Part shown: piece by piece, positions 60,701-64,000 of the stretch | How the letters are laid out: every line of letters begins with the position of its first letter | How positions within the stretch are numbered: position 1 is the first letter of the stretch | Program-made: the position numbers and the translations under genes | Source: Octopus vulgaris | Lineage: Eukaryota | Reading direction: 5' to 3' | Assembly: GCA_951406725.2 (NCBI GenBank) | Contig: OX597825.1 | Span: 43,152,001-43,216,000 of the forward strand | Length of the DNA: 64,000 nucleotides | The notes under the pieces: generated by a model | What the model was told of the DNA's origin: nothing | The model's database searches: none | Seen by the model: only the letters and a program-made list of their open reading frames with translations

Positions 60701-63700
60701 ATCATTCTTGGAGATAATGATTTTGAAGCTCATCTTAACAGAAAGGTTTTACCTTGTTTCAGCACTAATATTTTCAAGATTTTCCTACTAACGGTAAAAG
60801 AAAGTAGGTCAGTAAATCATATTAGACAATACGACATTCAAAAGATTTCTAAAATATTAAAAAATTTGTGTAATCTTGTGTTTCCAACACCGATGATTCT
60901 TCAGTTGTAACAAAGAATAAACTAGATGCACAATTTGATGCCAATAAATACAAGTGGTGAGACGTGAAGAGAAGTATAAACGGGAATTCGCCTATACACA
61001 TTTTAGAAATGATTTATTTCTCAATGCAAAGCCTACTTCTTCATCACTTTACTAATCATTAACTAGCACTAATCACTCACCAAGCTATCCATCCATCCCA
61101 GATAAACTTACTTTCAAAGACATTCTTATCATATTCACCATCCGGTCTTTTTAGGTTGCACTATCCGGCCTTTTTACGACGCGATTCAAGGATGCTTTCA
61201 CTGCTCTATCTAACAAGTTCATTTAACTGCATAGAAGTTCGTTCATTCACTCGTAGAACCTTTGGTGTATTAATATGGAAGCTGAAACACAAGAAAATCA
61301 TATTTTATGACTGAAAGTTTACTCTATATAATTTTCTCCTTCTTGATTTTGGCGGTTATAGACCGTCACCTGTTTTGCTGAATGATCACTTACCTACATT
61401 TTGGTAGAGCAATTTACCAGATAAAATCTCTCGAAAATATATGCCAAAACTTTTAGCATCAATGTAATTATATAACAGTGAGTTAGTACTGTGCTCTCAA
61501 TGTGAATATTCAATGTATTGCACAAGTACATACGAATGGATTAGTTTTCAGATGCGTGTGGGCTTTCGTAATAAAGAAATGACATCTAATTTTGATCTGA
61601 GATTTTCTCTAAAGAAAACAGATGGATTATGATAACGTTGGTGATTGACATACAACAGAATTCTTGGTAATATAGTAGAGATTATATAATTATAGTTATT
61701 TATATGTACATCATATCAACTCAAATCTACTTATCATCAAACTTAGAAGAAAATCCATAAAGGTTTTGCGTCCCCATAAGTTTAAACCTAGGTTTTTATC
61801 TACATTTACATTGATAGCTTTGTGATAAAGGGTAGTTGTCTTTTTTGATCGTGTCTCTGATATCAACTATCGGTTGATTGAAATAGTATGAGATAAACTT
61901 CATTTTTCTTCTCATAACTTTTCATTGCAATTCATTGTGATTTAAAATTTCCTAGCAAAAGGAATTTTTATAATGCATTTGGCTGCTTTTAATCTCACTA
62001 CTTTAGAGTCATGATAAAACAAAAGCAGCTTCCTATATTTCTCCAGTTGACAAGAACGCATACAGGATAGAAAAGGATTATCGTGCATTTGATAACACAA
62101 TGGGGTTGATGTGTGAATAATGAGATAAAATTATTATTCATACAAAAGATAAAATACATGATTTATACTGAGATGTTGGATTACCTTTCTCTCGCAACAT
62201 TATTGTGCATAGCAAGGATGATATAAAAGCCATACCTACTACATTTAGTAAGAAACTGTCTATCTCAATGAACCTAAGAACTATTGGTTAACGATATAAT
62301 GGCTCCGCAGGAAAGCATTACCTGTACACAATCCATATGTGGTCACTGTTTATATAAAATTTCGAAAACACTCTAATAGATAGAATAAGTAGGAGTATAT
62401 TTAACCTATCATAGGATGGGATTGTTTTCAATCATGTCTTCTCATCGGATGGGATTATTTTCCAGTTGTCCTTAGTACGCTGCAATAATAAAATGTGTGT
62501 TTACTACACTTATATTTTATAAGGGCCACTCCCGACAAAACAGCAAATTCGGAAAACTGACTATTGTATGGTTCAGTCCAAATTAAGGATATAAAAGTCA
62601 ATTAACTAGATAATTCCTCTTATCATTAAGAAAGAATTTTACTGTCACATGAAATTCAACTTTGTTTTAAAAAAAAGAACATATTTCTAATTTCTCATTT
62701 TATAATTTGGACCATAGACTATAAAACAAAATCGATTACACTTAAGCAACCCAACTCTACTTCCCAGCTTTCTCACTAATAACCAGCTTGTAATTAACAT
62801 ATGCCGTGAATTTCCCTCTAAATTAGTACTGTCTTCGTATAGGGGTTACAAACATATCTACTATAAAACAAGCGGATATCACACAGAGAAACTCTACTTT
62901 TGGACAATATCAATCATTTCAATCAGCACATATAAGCACATATATTCTTTCAAAATTAGTGATAGAATAACCGCTAAATCTGTATAGAAGTGGAGTTAGT
63001 GTGATGTTCAAAATGGCTCAAAAGTAAGTCAAGTGTATGATAGATACTTCATTCTGTTACACAGAAGGTGTCTGCAAAATGTATCTGAAAAATGTTACAT
63101 TATAATGCGACTATTGTCTCCAGAAAGGGAGTGAAAGTTTAAATTATAACATGCGCAACACTATACATGATCAGAAGGGAATGCCAATAACACGTTCTAG
63201 AATGCCACATATTACTGAGTAGACAATAATATTATTCATCTCTTAATCCCCTCAACAGAAAATAGTATCTACGTAAGGATGATTCACCCAGAGACTAATA
63301 ACAGAGCAAATCATCAATTAAGTAAGAATCTAGCGTAATTGATTAGGTCTTTCTGAACTATGTCTTACATCTGCTTGAAATAGAATTCAGGATAAAAGCT
63401 CATCCAACTTTTCTACAAGAAGTAGAAAACGTGTTTCAATTAGCTTAAGAACAGCAATAACGGAAATTAATTGCTTGGGTATGATGGATTGATACTAGGA
63501 GTAAACTCCTTTTGTGAACAAATGTAAAAAAATGGAATGAGTTGTATCCTAAATTATTTGGAACTTAGTATACAATATTTTCGAATGTATTGGTAAAATT
63601 AATTCAAAAAATTTCTTTCCTTAAACACAGTTTTAAATTCATATTTTCAAGAGTTTGCAATGAAAAGGGAAAGCACTTATCCCATTCATAGAACATTGGG

Positions 63701-64000
63701 TGACGTGTCACGTTAAATAATGACAAAACAATGGGAGTGGCAAAATGGTGTAAAACAACTACTTAGCTTGAGTCGTCAATTCTGTGGAACATACGTAGTT
63801 AATGTTGAATGATTCTCAGTGTCCCACCAGCACGATCAGAACAACTGAATAATTTAGCCCAATCATAGTTAGAAAGGCCTCAAGCATAAATTTTAGATCC
63901 CATTATTTCAATGTCCATTTGAGAGTATCCGTAACGTTATGATAGCGCTCGAACTAGATTGTTCAAGTATATTTTGTATTGTAAATTTCTTTTGGCTTTT

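Noticed and set aside
59784-60910. ORFs of 120 aa (-) and 110 aa (+) in the repeat-free zone
   Set aside because: No domain motifs, composition typical of AT-rich non-coding DNA, and no supporting exon structure.

Overview
AT-rich, microsatellite-dense animal genomic DNA with no recognisable intact protein-coding gene. The SINE families and microsatellite spectrum suggest a coleoid cephalopod such as Octopus (inference only). Bases 1-54 kb are a mosaic of decayed mobile elements: two RepHel-encoding Helitrons, a non-autonomous Helitron carrying a LINE ORF1-like fragment, about ten Penelope-like (PLE) retroelement pieces, Tc1/mariner and hAT transposase relics, a CR1 fragment, MITEs and many tRNA-derived SINEs. 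The most striking signal is a set of 7-8 minimal type-I hammerhead ribozyme motifs at PLE-type 3' ends. One of them sits in a compact element flanked by a 12-bp TSD that joins a tRNA-like Pol III head to the hammerhead (4773-5115), i.e. a candidate SINE-like retrozyme. Other points: a 5'-inverted PLE, a locally templated inverted insertion inside a Naiad-like PLE, several long hairpins, a CpG-island candidate non-coding first exon (16.4-17.3 kb), a promoter-like region with 17-bp-phased CCAAT boxes (54.0-54.7 kb), and an almost repeat-free 9 kb at the right end. Most ORFs in the supplied track are translations of microsatellites or antisense repeats.
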